Below, piece after piece: positions 38,045 to 50,921 of a stretch of DNA of 64,000 bases. Position 1 is the first letter of the stretch, and every line of letters starts with the position of its first letter. The notes under the pieces were generated by a model. That model worked only from the letters and a program-made list of their open reading frames with translations. It was not told where the DNA came from and searched no databases. Position numbers and translations under genes: made by a program. Origin of the DNA: Octopus vulgaris (lineage: Eukaryota); contig OX597830.1 in assembly GCA_951406725.2 (NCBI GenBank), positions 68,076,001 to 68,140,000 of the forward strand, read 5' to 3'.

Positions 38045-38822
38045 CACAAATTAAAAATTCAATATACCAGAGTAAAATTACTACTGGTAATGAAGTATTT
38101 TTTTATATAGGAAGCACATCTTCTCAGTTATCTAAAAGAATTTCTAATCATTACTCTACATTTAGGGATAGGAATAAACATAACAGTACAGGGCTTAGTA
38201 AATTAATTTGAGATCTAATAGACCACAGTAAACAATTTAATTTAGATTGGTTGATTCTCTCAATCTTGATACCTTATGACAAATGTAAGGAATTCTATCT
38301 TCTCTGTAATTCTGAACTATTTTTTATTCTTTTTTCTAAAAATCCCCTTGTAAACACGATTATAGAGCATGCGTACTGATGTAAACATTGGCAGAAATAC
38401 ACCTTTAGTTCATATAAGTGATATCTATCATTATATATAATTTAAACATTAAATTTCTTCCATTTCAAATTCACTGGATATATCTTTTCCAAGTCTATAT
38501 AGTTTTATTTAATATACATATAGTTATATACTTCTCATTTATTTGGTTTTTCTTTCCTTTATCTCTCCTCTTTCTATAGGCTACCTTTGACGTTATATCC
38601 TATAACGTTTTTTTAAACAAACTTTATAGCATTCAGTTAATCACTATACATATCCATCATTTTCTGTTAAAATGTCTTATTGATGAGTTTTATTTCTTCA
38701 TTTCGCTGAAGAGAAGATTACATTGTTTTACACCATTTTATTCCTTTGGAATAAAACCAGTGATGTCTTCGAAACGTGTCGGAAGTAAAAGAATTTGAAT
38801 AACACCTGTGTTTAACTCCATT
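38045..38822 (+). mobile_element. 5'-truncated Penelope-like element: decayed GIY-YIG endonuclease plus pLTR
   Basis: Translation near 38062-38215 IYQSKITTGNEVFFYIGSTSSQLSKRISNHYSTFRDRNKHNSTGLSKLI; hammerhead at ~38700-38790; (TA)n from 38823. Confidence 0.8.
38697..38790 (+). ncRNA. Penelope-type minimal hammerhead (partly decayed)
   Basis: CTGAAGA 38706-38712, long stem II gaaga.../...tcttc, GAAA-cgtg-TC 38771-38780; stem I imperfect. Confidence 0.65.
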
Positions 38823-38829
38823 TATATAT

Positions 38830-38893
<64 letters not shown>

Positions 38894-39269
38894 ATGTGTG
38901 TGTGTGTGTATTAGGGATACAACCTTTTTGCAACTCCATTGACCCGTATCATATTCTTGCTTGAAGATGTATTATTGTATGCTGCTGATGACAAAAATTG
39001 CTATCATTTTTTATAGAGATTAATAATAATGAAGTTACAAGTATTTAAATTTATGAGATTTTAGCCATTCAAAGACATCCACATGCTGGCAGATCTTATG
39101 TAAAGATTTTTCTATCCATGAAGTGTGGTGTCGTTGAGTCAGCCTACTCGGGATTACTGCAGTGCAACCGTACAAGAATGCCTCTAGAAAAGTTAGGCCA
39201 AACTTTGGACACCATTCTTTTCCTTGACTGACTTACCAAGGCCATTGGTAACCCATTACAGTGGAAGCA

Positions 39270-40620
39270 AAAGCAAAAGAGAAAAACTTCCTTTTTGTGA
39301 GAAGTTGGAATGTGCGCACACTCCTGGCTCTGGATGACACAGACAGACCCAAACAGTGCACTGCTTGTTTGAGCGGAGAACTGAATCCTTACAGTGTGGA
39401 CATCACAAACCTACCCAAAACAAGACTCACTAGCACTCTTTTTCTGTAAAGTTAGAAATCTTACAGAGCAGTGAATCCTCGGTCATGGTTTTGTGAAGAA
39501 TTCCGTAGTGAACAGAACACAATCTGTCTCCCACCTCTATCATTGAGTGCCTCAAGAACAATCGTCTTGCGTTAATCTTAGTTACTGCTGCTACCCTTGA
39601 TTCTAGATATGAGATCAAAGATTTGTAATACTCTAATCTCAACAGGACAAGCCAAGAGAGATTTTAATGCCAGGGTCGATGAACTAATGAACACTGGACG
39701 AGAATTCTGGGAAAACAGGATGTGGGAAACTGAAACTCAAACATACCGCTGTTCATTGGCTTATGCGCTGAAAATGAGCTTATGGTTATTTACATTTTCC
39801 CAACCAGCAAAAGACCACGTAAGAGCATCCAAGATAAAAGTGCTGGCACAACCTGGACTACTTTCTCACTTGATCCTGTGATGAGAGCAACGTACCAATG
39901 AACCACAGCCTCCCTGCCACAGAGGACTGCTGGAGGGATCATTGACTGCACAGGTTTTAGTTGCGAAACTTTCCATATCGCAATGTATCTACAAAGATAG
40001 AGTGGACACTTTGATGGTTTTGTTTCTAAACTGAAGACCTACGATGTTGGGGCGATCACTCATCACACCTCATGGAACTTTCTGAAGAAGGTACCCCACC
40101 ATTATCATTGACGGGCAGTGGACAGTGTTGAAGTATATTGGTTCATTTTAGGTAAAACGATCACCAAAGCTCCTGGGGGAATAACTGGCTTTTACAAACA
40201 CGCTCATTAAGACTGGTTTGACCAAAATGACGACCATATTGCCAAGCTGATCGATCAGAAGAGAGAATTTCGTCTGGTATAGGATTTCCCAATGTGAACC
40301 CACTTGCGATGCTTCTGGTAGGCCAAGCAGCAATGCCAGTGCAGGATCCATGAACTCCAAAATCTCTGGTGGCTAGCAAAAGCAGGGGAGATACAGTTGT
40401 TCGCAAACAGTAAAGACCCTAGGCAGGCGTTTCTATGCTGGGGAAAGGGGAATCGTTGGTTCTCCTAGTAGAGTAAACAATACACTCATATCCACTGCCA
40501 GATTAACCCCTTTGATGGACAATCAAGACACACTTAAAACATGGAAGGAATACTCTTGTCAACCGGCCATCTACTGCAATGATTGACCTCCTCTGAAGTA
40601 TCCCCTAATATCCTATCTGA
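39270..40620 (+). mobile_element. RTE LINE APE region, heavily decayed
   Basis: SWNVRTLL...DRP motif and DFNARV. Confidence 0.7.
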
Positions 40621-40645
40621 GACTGGATGTTAAACAGAAATTTAC

Positions 40646-40809
40646 CTCTTCATTCACAAGGGATTCGTTGTTATGTACACAGTTCCATGATGCAATACCT
40701 ATTGTTACCACTTTCTTCTTGCCAGTCACTACAGCTTCATTATCATGTATAGCCTCCCCAATATGTTTTGCAACTCCAGTATGTAAGCCATCACTTATGA
40801 TCCAGGCAC
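40646..40809 (-). CDS. TRPM: TRPM-like exon (G-AWIISDGLHTGVAKHIGEAIHDNEAVVTGKKKVVTIGIASWNCVHNNESLVNEE)
   Basis: ttgcag / gtaaat; 164 nt; motifs AWI..G...GV.KH.GEA and V.IGIA.W. Confidence 0.93.
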
Positions 40810-42034
40810 CTGCAAAACAAGAGAACAATAATTATATTCAAACATTGATTGCTTATTCTAAATGATTGTAGATTTTTGGATAAAATAATTTCTGGTATTT
40901 AGTTATATTCCTTCACATTCAGACTTCAAATCACACAAAAGGAGTGAATTTTCTTTTTGTGCATGTAAGGTTAATGGGAAATTCACCAGCAATTAACTGA
41001 GGTTGATTTAAGTATTGACATAGTTCTCATTATGGAAGCCTTGATTTACTGTGTTGAATCAATCCAGGACTCTCCTATTGATTTTTTAAAATCAATTCTT
41101 GACAAGATAATAAGCAAAATAAAATGTCACCCCTGATAGAATTTGAACTCGTAACCAAAAGCTAAATACTACAATAGATTTAGTCCAGCATTTTTCAGTT
41201 ACAGTCGTTTGCTCCCAGTATATTGCTATTGATTCCATATTGCTAACTGGAAATGTGTTGTGTGTTAGAGAGAAAGATTAATGTCTTACATGAAAGTGTG
41301 GCATGGTTTCACTTATTGGCCCAAGTCTAGTAATGCTATGGAATAATATATGAATATCACTCTTTCCGTTTCCCAATACCTCACGTAACATCTACATGGT
41401 CATTTGACCTTCAGAAAACAACAATTATATCTCCTCCATCAAAATATACCCTACTGCCTTAGAAAACGACTGAACACATTGGATAAAGTTGTCTGACGAA
41501 CCTGTATAAGGTGGGATGGTCATTGCAGCAATGATTTTGAGCATGAATCTGTTCAATTAAGCTGGACTTTGGTTTAAATCACAAACACTTAAACTATAAA
41601 ATCTTTATAACAAGTCAAAATAAATTATTATTACAAAAAAGAGATAAAATTGCAGCAAGGAATATATTTGTAAGTCATTCAAGAACACAAAAACCGTTAG
41701 TTTCACTTCAACATTTAATTTTCATTTGTGTCAAGATATTTTCATCGCTTTCAAACAGTGACCTGTTCACTGAAAAGACTTGGTGCTGAATCTGAGGGAA
41801 TAGCAGTTTTTTAGTAATATATCTGTGTTTTATTTCAAGATTTCTTGCCAATAAAGAAAGAGCCAGTCTCCATCCTATATCCAAGGCTCCTTCATTGGAA
41901 TTTCATCAACAACTGTATGTATATATTGATTCATTCATTCATTCTAGTTTCAGCTCATGAGATATGCAGATTTTTGCTTTATGTATGTATTCTCATGCAT
42001 ATTGTTACATATCTAAACATGCTCATATATATTT

Positions 42035-42330
42035 AAATGATACACTTCTGGAAAGTTTTATAGATTTTTACAGTTCCAGTGATGGATTGGATCTGTAGTT
42101 TCAGAATTAGCTTTCTCCTTTCTGGATTTGAGAAGCCTAATTTCTCAAGATTGGTATTTAGGCAGTGTATTGCATATCCCAGAGCCCCAATAACTACAGG
42201 TACAAACCTGAACTTGTAATCTGGATAGAGTAACTACAAATTTCTCAATAGGTCGGCGTAGGTATTCTCTTATTCACTGATCCTCGGCTTTACGTTAACA
42301 TCCGCTGGGCAGGTAATTCTCACAACTTTA
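42035..42330 (-). mobile_element. REL-endonuclease non-LTR element 3' fragment
   Basis: Minus-strand ITCPADVNV...YADLLRNL..LYPDYKFRFVPVVIGALG. Confidence 0.75.
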
Positions 42331-42796
42331 CTCAGTATGTATATATGTATGTATGCATATATGTATGCATGGATGTATGCATATATCTATATGTTTTGCA
42401 CATGCATGCATATATGCATTTACGCTTGTATGTATGTATGTGAACATTTACGTAAGTGGATAAACATGTCTGTGTGTGTGTATATGTGTATGTACATGTA
42501 AAGGAATGTTTATGTACTGATATGTATGTCTGTTCAAGTTGTATATATAACTGTTACTCCGTTGAAGGTTGTAGATATATATTTTCCTTTTACCACCGTC
42601 TAAGGGTGAATAGATACAATGTCTTAGATACATACATGCAAATATAAACATACTTATGCTTATTTACAAGCACACACAATAAACATGTATACACGCACAT
42701 ATCACACATATATACGTATAATCTTACAATTTGCACTTATACACGTTTATCCACCTAGACAGATATGTCTCTAGTTTCACAGACAACGGCTAAACC

Positions 42797-42869
<73 letters not shown>

Positions 42870-43879
42870 CTATGTATGTATTTACATAGACTTATCTACT
42901 ACAAGTTGCTGTGCAGACTGAACAAAGAATACTACCAGCCGAAGATGTTGGAAAATTATTACTGCTATCCTAAGTGGTAATGCCTTCGTCGGTACAACAA
43001 ATACACAAATATTATTTGGATGGGTGTTGAGTCTTCAGAGTTCATCCACCCCAAGAAAAGTTTTGTTTTTCGTCCTGCAGGAGATCCAAATAACAAGCAA
43101 AAAAGAGCCTCCTCACAGAGTGCGCTCTGGGGGTGTTGCCGGTTTAGTCGAGAATGGCCCAACTTTGTGGAAGTTGATCACCATTCAGTCATTCGGATAT
43201 GATTTGATTTTACTATTTCAGTCTTGGTGGTGGCGGAGAGGTGAATGTCACGTGTCTGAATCAATTAAGTACAAGAGAGATGAGTGAAGAAGAGGAAGTA
43301 AAGGGAAGATAGAGAAATGAGAGAGGAAAGAAAATGTACTGCCTAGTGTGACTGTACACAAGAGATGGTGGTGGAAGTGGTGAATTCAGAGGGTGAGTGC
43401 ATTGGTCACGAGAGAAGGTGGGAAAGTCTGTTACTGAGTGAGGAAGCAAAAGAGCAAAACATACATCGATGAGAGAGAGAAAGAACGTGAGAAATGTAGT
43501 GATGTAGGTAGTTAAATATTTTGGGATTAATTCACAACGATCTTCAAGACAATAAAAAAAAAACCTATATTGTTATGATTAAAAAATAGCTCACTTTCCG
43601 TTAAAATAGGAATTTAGAATTTAGAGTCAGTTTTATACATGTTGTTAGGGAAATGAAGGTGAATTGTATGATTAGAGGAAGTGTGGTGCAGTTTATAGTA
43701 TTGTATGGATCACAAAATCATCAAAAGTATCAGAAAGAGAGGGAGAGAGAGGGAGGGAGGGATCAAAAGATAGTGATACAGGAAGTTAAGGATTTTGGGT
43801 TTAACAAAATGTTCTTTCGATAAAAACTATGATAATCATTATCATTATTATTATTTGATGAAAACTCTCAGCTTATTTT

Positions 43880-45000
43880 GCTGGGTATAATAGAAAGTGT
43901 CACTCTGTGTAGAATTCTTGCAGCTCCAAGCAATGCGGATTTTTCTAGGTGTTCTATCTTCACACTTTCACCAATCTTTTCAGCCACATTGGTAGCTGAG
44001 TGCTGATATTTCCAAGGGCACCAATTACTATTGGTATCACATCTACTCTCCTCATTGACTACAACTTTCGTATTTCCCACTTCAAATCGTCAGCGTTGTT
44101 TACTTTTACTTTTTTCTCTTTGATCCTGTTGTCACTGGGACATGCTATGTCGATTATCGTGCATTTTCTTTCTTTCTTATTCACCACAACGATGTCCAGT
44201 TTCCGATGCATGGTCAAGTTACCACACTGAATCATTGCATCTCATAGGACATTGCACTTCTCATTCTCGGTGACTCTTGGGTTTTCTTATACCACGTCTT
44301 TGCTCTTTGTTGGCCATGATTTTAACGGAGCTTCCAACGGATCATTCTTACTAAATTGTCATGCCGTCTTTTGCATTCGAGTTGTACCAATTTTGGGCAT
44401 TCACTAACGATGTGCAATACCGTTTCATTCATCTCACCACACATTCTGCTTTTGTTGCTGTCGGTAGTGTTGTTGATTCTGCATTTCTCATAGTTAGTCC
44501 TTAACACTTGTTCTTGAGCTGCGTGTATAAGTGCTTCTGTCTATATTTTCAGGTTACAACTACTCACCGATATCTCTGGCAAACTGAACGTACATTTTTG
44601 TTTCCATCCATGCTGTTTTCTTCCCCTATAAATTTTTCTTTCTTGACACATTTCTCAGTTTTAATGGCACCAGCCTCCTTCGCATGTTTCTACAATGGGC
44701 CTACGGCATTTTTATGTATCACAATAAGCCTTTTTCATCTGCTAAGATAAAATCCTGGCAACTGATCAAACCTCCCCCAACCTTTCTTCTGTAAAAGTAC
44801 ATCCTATCGGTCTCACTCCCAGGGTAGTAGGCTTCTTGCGTTGTCAACATTCTTTTCACTTCATATCTATTTTCATCAGTTCTTTCTTTTTGTAATGTTA
44901 TAATTCCAGCTCCATACTGATGTGATGCTATCGTTCATGCTTGGATTTTATTCCACCCAGTCAGTTTTGAGCACCACACCAACCTTAATTTTCGAGTGAG
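43880..45000 (-). mobile_element. Dong/R4 LINE 3' fragment
   Basis: LRTNY.K, RMCGE..ETV.HIVSEC, RRHD, KSALLG.ARIL. Confidence 0.8.
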
Positions 45001-45203
45001 CAGGCAAAATCATTATCACGCTGGATGGAATGCTTAGCAGCATTTCGTCCGTCTCTGCGTTCTGAATCCAAATTACACTAGGAGCAACTTTGCTTTACAT
45101 TATTTCAGAGACGATAAAATAAATACCAGTGAAATATTGGGGCTGATGTAATCAACTAGCCCCCTCCCCTAAAATCTCAGGTCTTGTGTTTATAGCAGAA
45201 TGG

Positions 45204-45259
<56 letters not shown>

Positions 45260-45260
<1 letters not shown>

Positions 45261-46070
45261 TTCTCTTTATCTACTCTATTGCAGATACAGTACAGTGGAG
45301 ACACTTTCTCATTTCTCAGGTTGATGCTTTGGTCTTGCTCTACCAGTATAGTGCTCTCGGTCTCTCTTTTAGAGTTACTTTCATCAGCCACTCCCACCTA
45401 TTTTCCAGCAACTTCTGTTATGGCTACATGGAATTGATTGCGTAGTCCCTTCTGGTGTAATTCTTCAATTTTTGTACTTCTTCCTTTGTTTTCCCTTTTT
45501 CTCTGCTCTAAATACTCCTTCATTCCTAACTGTCACTAGCAAGGTTTCATTACTTTGGACTAGGTATCTCATTAAGCTCTCGATTTCGATATGGACGCAG
45601 TCTTTCACACTTATCAGTCCCCTGTATCCATTAGCTCTCTTCATGTGCAGGTGATCAGTGTCTGCACGTGGATGATGGGCTCCATGCATCGGTAGCATCT
45701 TTCTTGACTTCCTGTCCATCTCCTTTAGCTCCTCCCTCTCTGTCCACTTCATGATTCCATTGCCATATCAAACTCCTGCGATTGCGCCCGAATTTATTGC
45801 TGAAATTATGTTTCTGGCATTCCGTTTGAAGGCAATATTTATTCTCACTCACCGCAGGTACTCTCTTTTTGTCTTTTTCTTCATGTCATTGTGTTTGATT
45901 CTATCTGCCTCAAGTATTCTCAGGTATTTATAATTGGATTGAGGTTGACTTGCCTTCATCATTTCACCACCTGATAAACCTGTACCTTTTGTCCTGGCAA
46001 GCTTTCCTCATCTCATCACCATTGTAGCACATTTTGAGAGTCTAAACTCCATCTTAATATCATTGGGGAA
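45260..46070 (-). mobile_element. Dong/R4 LINE fragment
   Basis: DIKMEFRLSKCA, MDRKSRKML.MHGAHHPRAD; bordered by (ATT)n at 45204-45260. Confidence 0.8.
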
Positions 46071-46365
46071 ATCCAGACAGACTGGACTAGGCTGTCCAGT
46101 TCTGCTCCAATTTTTGTTCCCGTACCTCTTCCCAGGTGATACCCCAACTTTGTTTCCATTCTCACTATTATTGTTGTTGTTGTTGTTGTAAAGGCGGCAA
46201 GCTGGCAGAATCGTTAGCACGTCGGTTGAAATGCTTAGTGGTATTCCGTTTACCGCTGTGTTATGAATTCAAATTCCACCGAGGTCGATTTTGCCAAAAT
46301 TTCAGGCCTGGTGCCTATAATAGAAAAGATTATTGTTGTTGTTATTATTAAATAAAACTTTATAC

Positions 46366-46546
46366 CTGTGATTTGTGCAGCTTTAACCAAACCACGCCCA
46401 AGAGCTTCTCTAGCAAATGGATCCAACTGAAAGTCTTGTCTTTCTCCAATCACAGAAATAAGTAAGTTTGGCAATGATGAATACCATAGGCGTTTTATCA
46501 AATTAATTGTAGTTTCCATAGAGATTTGGTGATCCACACGGACAAA
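46366..46546 (-). CDS. TRPM: TRPM-like exon (FVRVDHQISMETTINLIKRLWYSSLPNLLISVIGERQDFQLDPFAREALGRGLVKAAQIT-G)
   Basis: AG/GT boundaries; 181 nt; MHR1 motifs FVRV, W..PNLLISV.G and GLVKAA..TG. Confidence 0.93.
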
Positions 46547-47019
46547 CTGTACGAGAGAAAAAGAAATAAAAAACAGATTTACGTAATCTAATGTTTAATA
46601 TAATGGGAAAAAGCAATTTAGTGAATAAATTTTATTGTAATGTTTTATTGTATGTATCCATAATATAGAGATTGTGGTATTTGACGTTAAATAATTGAGA
46701 AGTTATAGGTTTATCCTGTCTCAGATGAAGTTAAGACAATTCAAGCAACAATTTCATTGAATATTGGACATTGATTTTATTGTAATAATTATTTATCATA
46801 ATATGTTGACTGGAAAACAATCATCATCCTACAGATACCAACTGGAGAAATAAATATAGCCATCTCATACCTCCTGACTTTCATTATATTCTATATATAT
46901 ATATGAATTCAGATGAATATTGTACTTATGTTGAGGCACCAGAACTTAGTACGGTATTATCCATACAATTTCAAAATAAGGTGATTAAAATCAAAATAAG
47001 CAACAAGGATATCCAGAGG

Positions 47020-47111
47020 TAATGCAGTACGATCGTTTCAAGCAACTCCATTTAATTGAACAATGCAATCATTACATCAATTTAAATGCAGAACAATCCT
47101 CAGCTACATAA
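47020..47111 (-). ncRNA. Type I hammerhead, inverted copy of 47441-47532
   Basis: Minus strand: ttatgtag-CTGAGGA...GAAA-cgatcg-TA-ctgcatta; palindromic stem III. Confidence 0.72.
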
Positions 47112-47440
47112 AGACACAGAATTTAATTAAATTAGCAAATCTCATGATATTGCTTCAAATAAATCTTGACAGTTTTTATGACTATACCTACTATGATTTC
47201 TGTCGACTCCCTCAGCCTCCTTCCTAACAGCCACTGCTCCTTGTGATAAACTAGTCTATAAATTAAAACTGAACCCATAAAACAATGGCAAGCAAATCTG
47301 TAATTAGTCTTTCTTCCTGATACCTTTGTAGCTGAAGTGAAAACATCATGTTCTTTATCTATCTCCTTACCTTCAAGGAAAATTTAGGTAAAATTATATT
47401 AATATGTCCATCTGTTTTAGTTTAATTAAATTCTATGTCT

Positions 47441-47532
47441 TAATGCAGCTGAGGATTGCTCTGCATTTAAATTGATGTAGTGATTGCATTGTTGAATTAA
47501 ATGGAGTTGCTTGAAACGACTGTACTGCATTA
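47441..47532 (+). ncRNA. Type I hammerhead (Penelope pLTR-like)
   Basis: Perfect stem I taatgcag/ctgcatta, CTGAGGA 47449-47455, long stem II, GAAA-cgactg-TA; cleavage after 47524. Confidence 0.72.
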
Positions 47533-47717
47533 CCTCTGGATATCCTTGTAGCTTATATATATATATAAAGCAATGCGCATGCCTGAAACCTCTTAAAGTG
47601 TGAAAAGGCTATTTCCAGGACCCCCATTTACATGCATACACGCACACAAACACACACATGCGCACACACACACATGCAGCATGCTCTCACACACATATGT
47701 ATATAACATCATTAACA

Positions 47718-49500
47718 TCATCATCATTTAATGTTCATTTACCATGCTAGTGTGAGTAGGATGATTTGAGGGGACAGGCAAATCAGAAGACTACACCAAG
47801 CTCTTCAGTTTATTTTGGCATGGTTTCTACAACTGGATGCCTTTCCTAATGCCAACCACTTTACTGAGTGTACTGGGTGCTCTTTACGTGACTGCAGCAA
47901 CCATGAGGTCACCAAGTAACTTGCAGTACAAGACCCCCCTCAAATGGAGTGTAAGATGTTGTGTGGAGGGAAGTTGGTTCAGTGAAGAGGGAAAAGGAAA
48001 GGTAATTTGATAGCATTGAAAAGGTGGGGGATACTCAGTGTAAAATATGAGTGGATAGGGACAATGTTAAGAATGAAGCATCGACATAAAATGAAGCAGT
48101 TTTTGGTAGTAAGAAAGATAACTGATATCACAGAAGAGTAGATGATATATACATTTATTTTCCCCAGTTAACTATAGCAGCAAAATACTGCAGTTAGGAA
48201 AGTGATGGAGAGAGCAGTGATAGGAAAATGAAGGGGGTGAATGTTTTATGAAGAATTTAAGTGAGGTAGTGGTAGAGTATATATAGACATTATGATTCTA
48301 GAACCTTTGTTTAGTCAAGATGTGTGGCCTTCTCAAGCACCGCATATGGTCAGGTGTCCTCTTTGTCATCTCTGTGAAATTTAAAGTTCTAAGATCACTA
48401 TTTCATCTCATGTCAACCCCAATCTCCCTTTTCCACAAGTTCCATCGATTTTCAGTAAACAGCATTTCGTTATACAGCTAACCTCACCCAAAAGCATCCA
48501 TGAACATATTCGTAAAGTCTTGAACAAAACATCGATTCCTTTTCTGCTCACATTTTTCTCAATATGTTTGTACATTATTGTTCATATACACAGATTTTAT
48601 ACATCTTCGCATATCCACTGTGTTTAGAGTCCACATCTCATTACTATGTCTATGTAGCACTGTCGTTCGTACATAATCATCATACCATCAGTTTTTCATA
48701 ATGAGAGAAATGTTTTGTTACCAACAAAAGGTAAAACTCCTTCAAATTTCTCCAGCCTAATTTTTATTCTAGTCGTTATAATTTCCGAACAACATTCTCC
48801 ACTGCTATGTAATAATAACTATCTTTTCTGTCTAAGGATCATCCTGGGCATTTCACAAAATCTATTTCCCATGTACATATAGAATTTTTTTGCATGTGCA
48901 TCAGCTGCATATGAAGTTTACTTTCTCTATTAAACTGTCTGTGATACTATGCAACTCCTGTGTTTCTATAGTTTTCACTGAGGACACTGCGTGGAATTTA
49001 TTTCTAACAGCCATTCTATACAGGGTTTGTGTGGCTATCACAAGCCATTTGGCTTCTGCTATCTCCCTCTATAACTACCATCATAGAATAAGGATCTCTG
49101 TCAAAGGTTTTCTGCAGGCCAATGAATGTTCAGTAGAGCAGCTTACTTTTAACTAAATGCTTCTGCAGCAGTTACTTCGCTAAAAAAGAAAAGACTTCTC
49201 TAGTACTTGTCCCTAATAAAAAACCAAACTATATCTCGTCTAGTGTAACTTTTTCTCTAATTATTTGAGCTGTAGTTGTTCCCATAACTTTGTCCAGCTA
49301 TTTGATACTTCTGTGATTACCTTTCTCTAGTATCTTCTTTATCCTTGTGATAGTCGGTTGTAATAATGTAATGCCTGTCACTGGGCAGACCACTTTCCTG
49401 TATAATCTGATTGACTATACAAGTAACTAAGCCATAACCCACACTGCAAAGTATTTTAAACATTATAGCAGTCATTCCTAATGGTTCATGGAGTTTTTCC
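47718..49500 (-). mobile_element. RTE LINE, heavily decayed
   Basis: Shared 3' tail motif plus minus-strand remnants homologous to 58050-60700. Confidence 0.6.
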
Positions 49501-49884
49501 TGCTTTTATATTCTTCAGTATTTTATTTATGATACTGCTACCATCTAGAATTACTAGTCCCTCTGTTGAGTCCATATTTGAAAGACCTTTCTTTCATGCC
49601 ATCTCCACATATATGAACCTTTAACGAGGTCACCTTTACACTTCTTTCTTTTCAGAATCATTAAGTGCAAGTGTACTGCTATCCATTATTACTCACCAAT
49701 AGGAAAAATAAGAGCCAACTGTACCAGAAAAGGAAAAGGTATGTAAATATATTTTTAAAAATGCATGTAAATTGTTGCTGCTATTGAAATTCTTTGGCAA
49801 AATCATGAACTAATTATTCAATAAAATTTCTACTGACAAACGTTAGCAATAAAAATTAAAAAGAAAAACATTAAAAGCAATTAC

Positions 49885-49969
49885 CTTTGCAATATTCCAA
49901 CCATCTTCTGGAAACTTTACCTCACCAAATGCATCACAGGGTTTTGGTGGCTCTTTATCTGTAGCGTTT
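49885..49969 (-). CDS. TRPM: TRPM-like exon (NATDKEPPKPCDAFGEVKFPEDGWNIAK)
   Basis: tttgatag / gtaatt splice sites; 85 nt; carries the TRPM P-x-D-A-F-G-x-V/I-x-F motif. Confidence 0.88.
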
Positions 49970-50472
49970 CTATCAAAGACAAACAGAAACCAAATGAACA
50001 ACTGAAATAAAGTTGTGATGGGGAAGGTAGAAAAAGGAAAATAACAAAATCAAGAGAGAAAGAACAACTCCAATGAAAGATACAAAGATCCACAGATGTA
50101 GATACATAAATCCATTCATGGAAGTAAACATCTTTTAATTTAGTTAAATAAAATAATGATTAATTTTAAATAAACTGAAAGGAATACAAGAAGTTATTTT
50201 ACCGTCAGAAGTAAATGAAGAAAATGGGGTACACAGTCGAATAGTGATTCTACATCTGGGATGGTGCTTCTGCTACACATACAGGTATCATAAGACAACA
50301 TCCAGAAAAAGGTTACTCAATTGACTGGCATGAAGTCACCAATATACATCAAATTCTGACACACAGATGTGCTGTGTCTTCTCTTTGCCTTTTCAACCAC
50401 TACTAAAATAGCCTCTGCGTCTAAGAGCTAGTTAGTCTCTTGTAACCCTACCTGGATATCATTGATACACAC

Positions 50473-50638
50473 ACTTTTACCATCTAGTTTCCTGGATCAG
50501 TTGGTTTCTGATTTTAGTTTAGCAAATAAATAATATTCGCTAGGTGAAATCTTCTTCAACAGGTACACCTTAGATTAAATATATGAAACATGAGGCAAAT
50601 CAGAAACCAATTGGTCCAGGAAACTAGATGGTAAAAGT
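50473..50638. mobile_element. MITE-like element with ~42-bp terminal inverted repeats
   Basis: acttttaccatctagtttcctggatcagttggtttctgattt / aaatcagaaaccaattggtccaggaaactagatggtaaaagt. Confidence 0.65.
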
Positions 50639-50862
50639 TTTTATTTTTTCATTTTGTTCCTGTCGAATTTTATCCTTAATTTTGTGGTTATGGAACCTAG
50701 CTGTTCTTTCTAGCGTGTTGAATCCCACGAGTGGATTTCTTATGTGTTTAAATGTACACTGTATTTTATGAGTAGTACATAGTCTTTGGACTAAATTTTT
50801 ACACGCTAGGCCACTGAAAGTGAAAATTTCTATCAATTTCCATTTCCCTTCGATATGATTAA

Positions 50863-50921
<59 letters not shown>

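Larger units (their letters stand above)
46997..47556. mobile_element. Penelope-derived element with inverted hammerhead-bearing termini
   Basis: ~140-bp inverted repeats (46997-47135 and 47412-47556); right end abuts (TA)n. Confidence 0.7.

Noticed and set aside
50200-50360. Possible Cys-containing TRPM exon (..DTCMCSRS..)
   Set aside because: Upstream in-frame stop and incompatible splice phase
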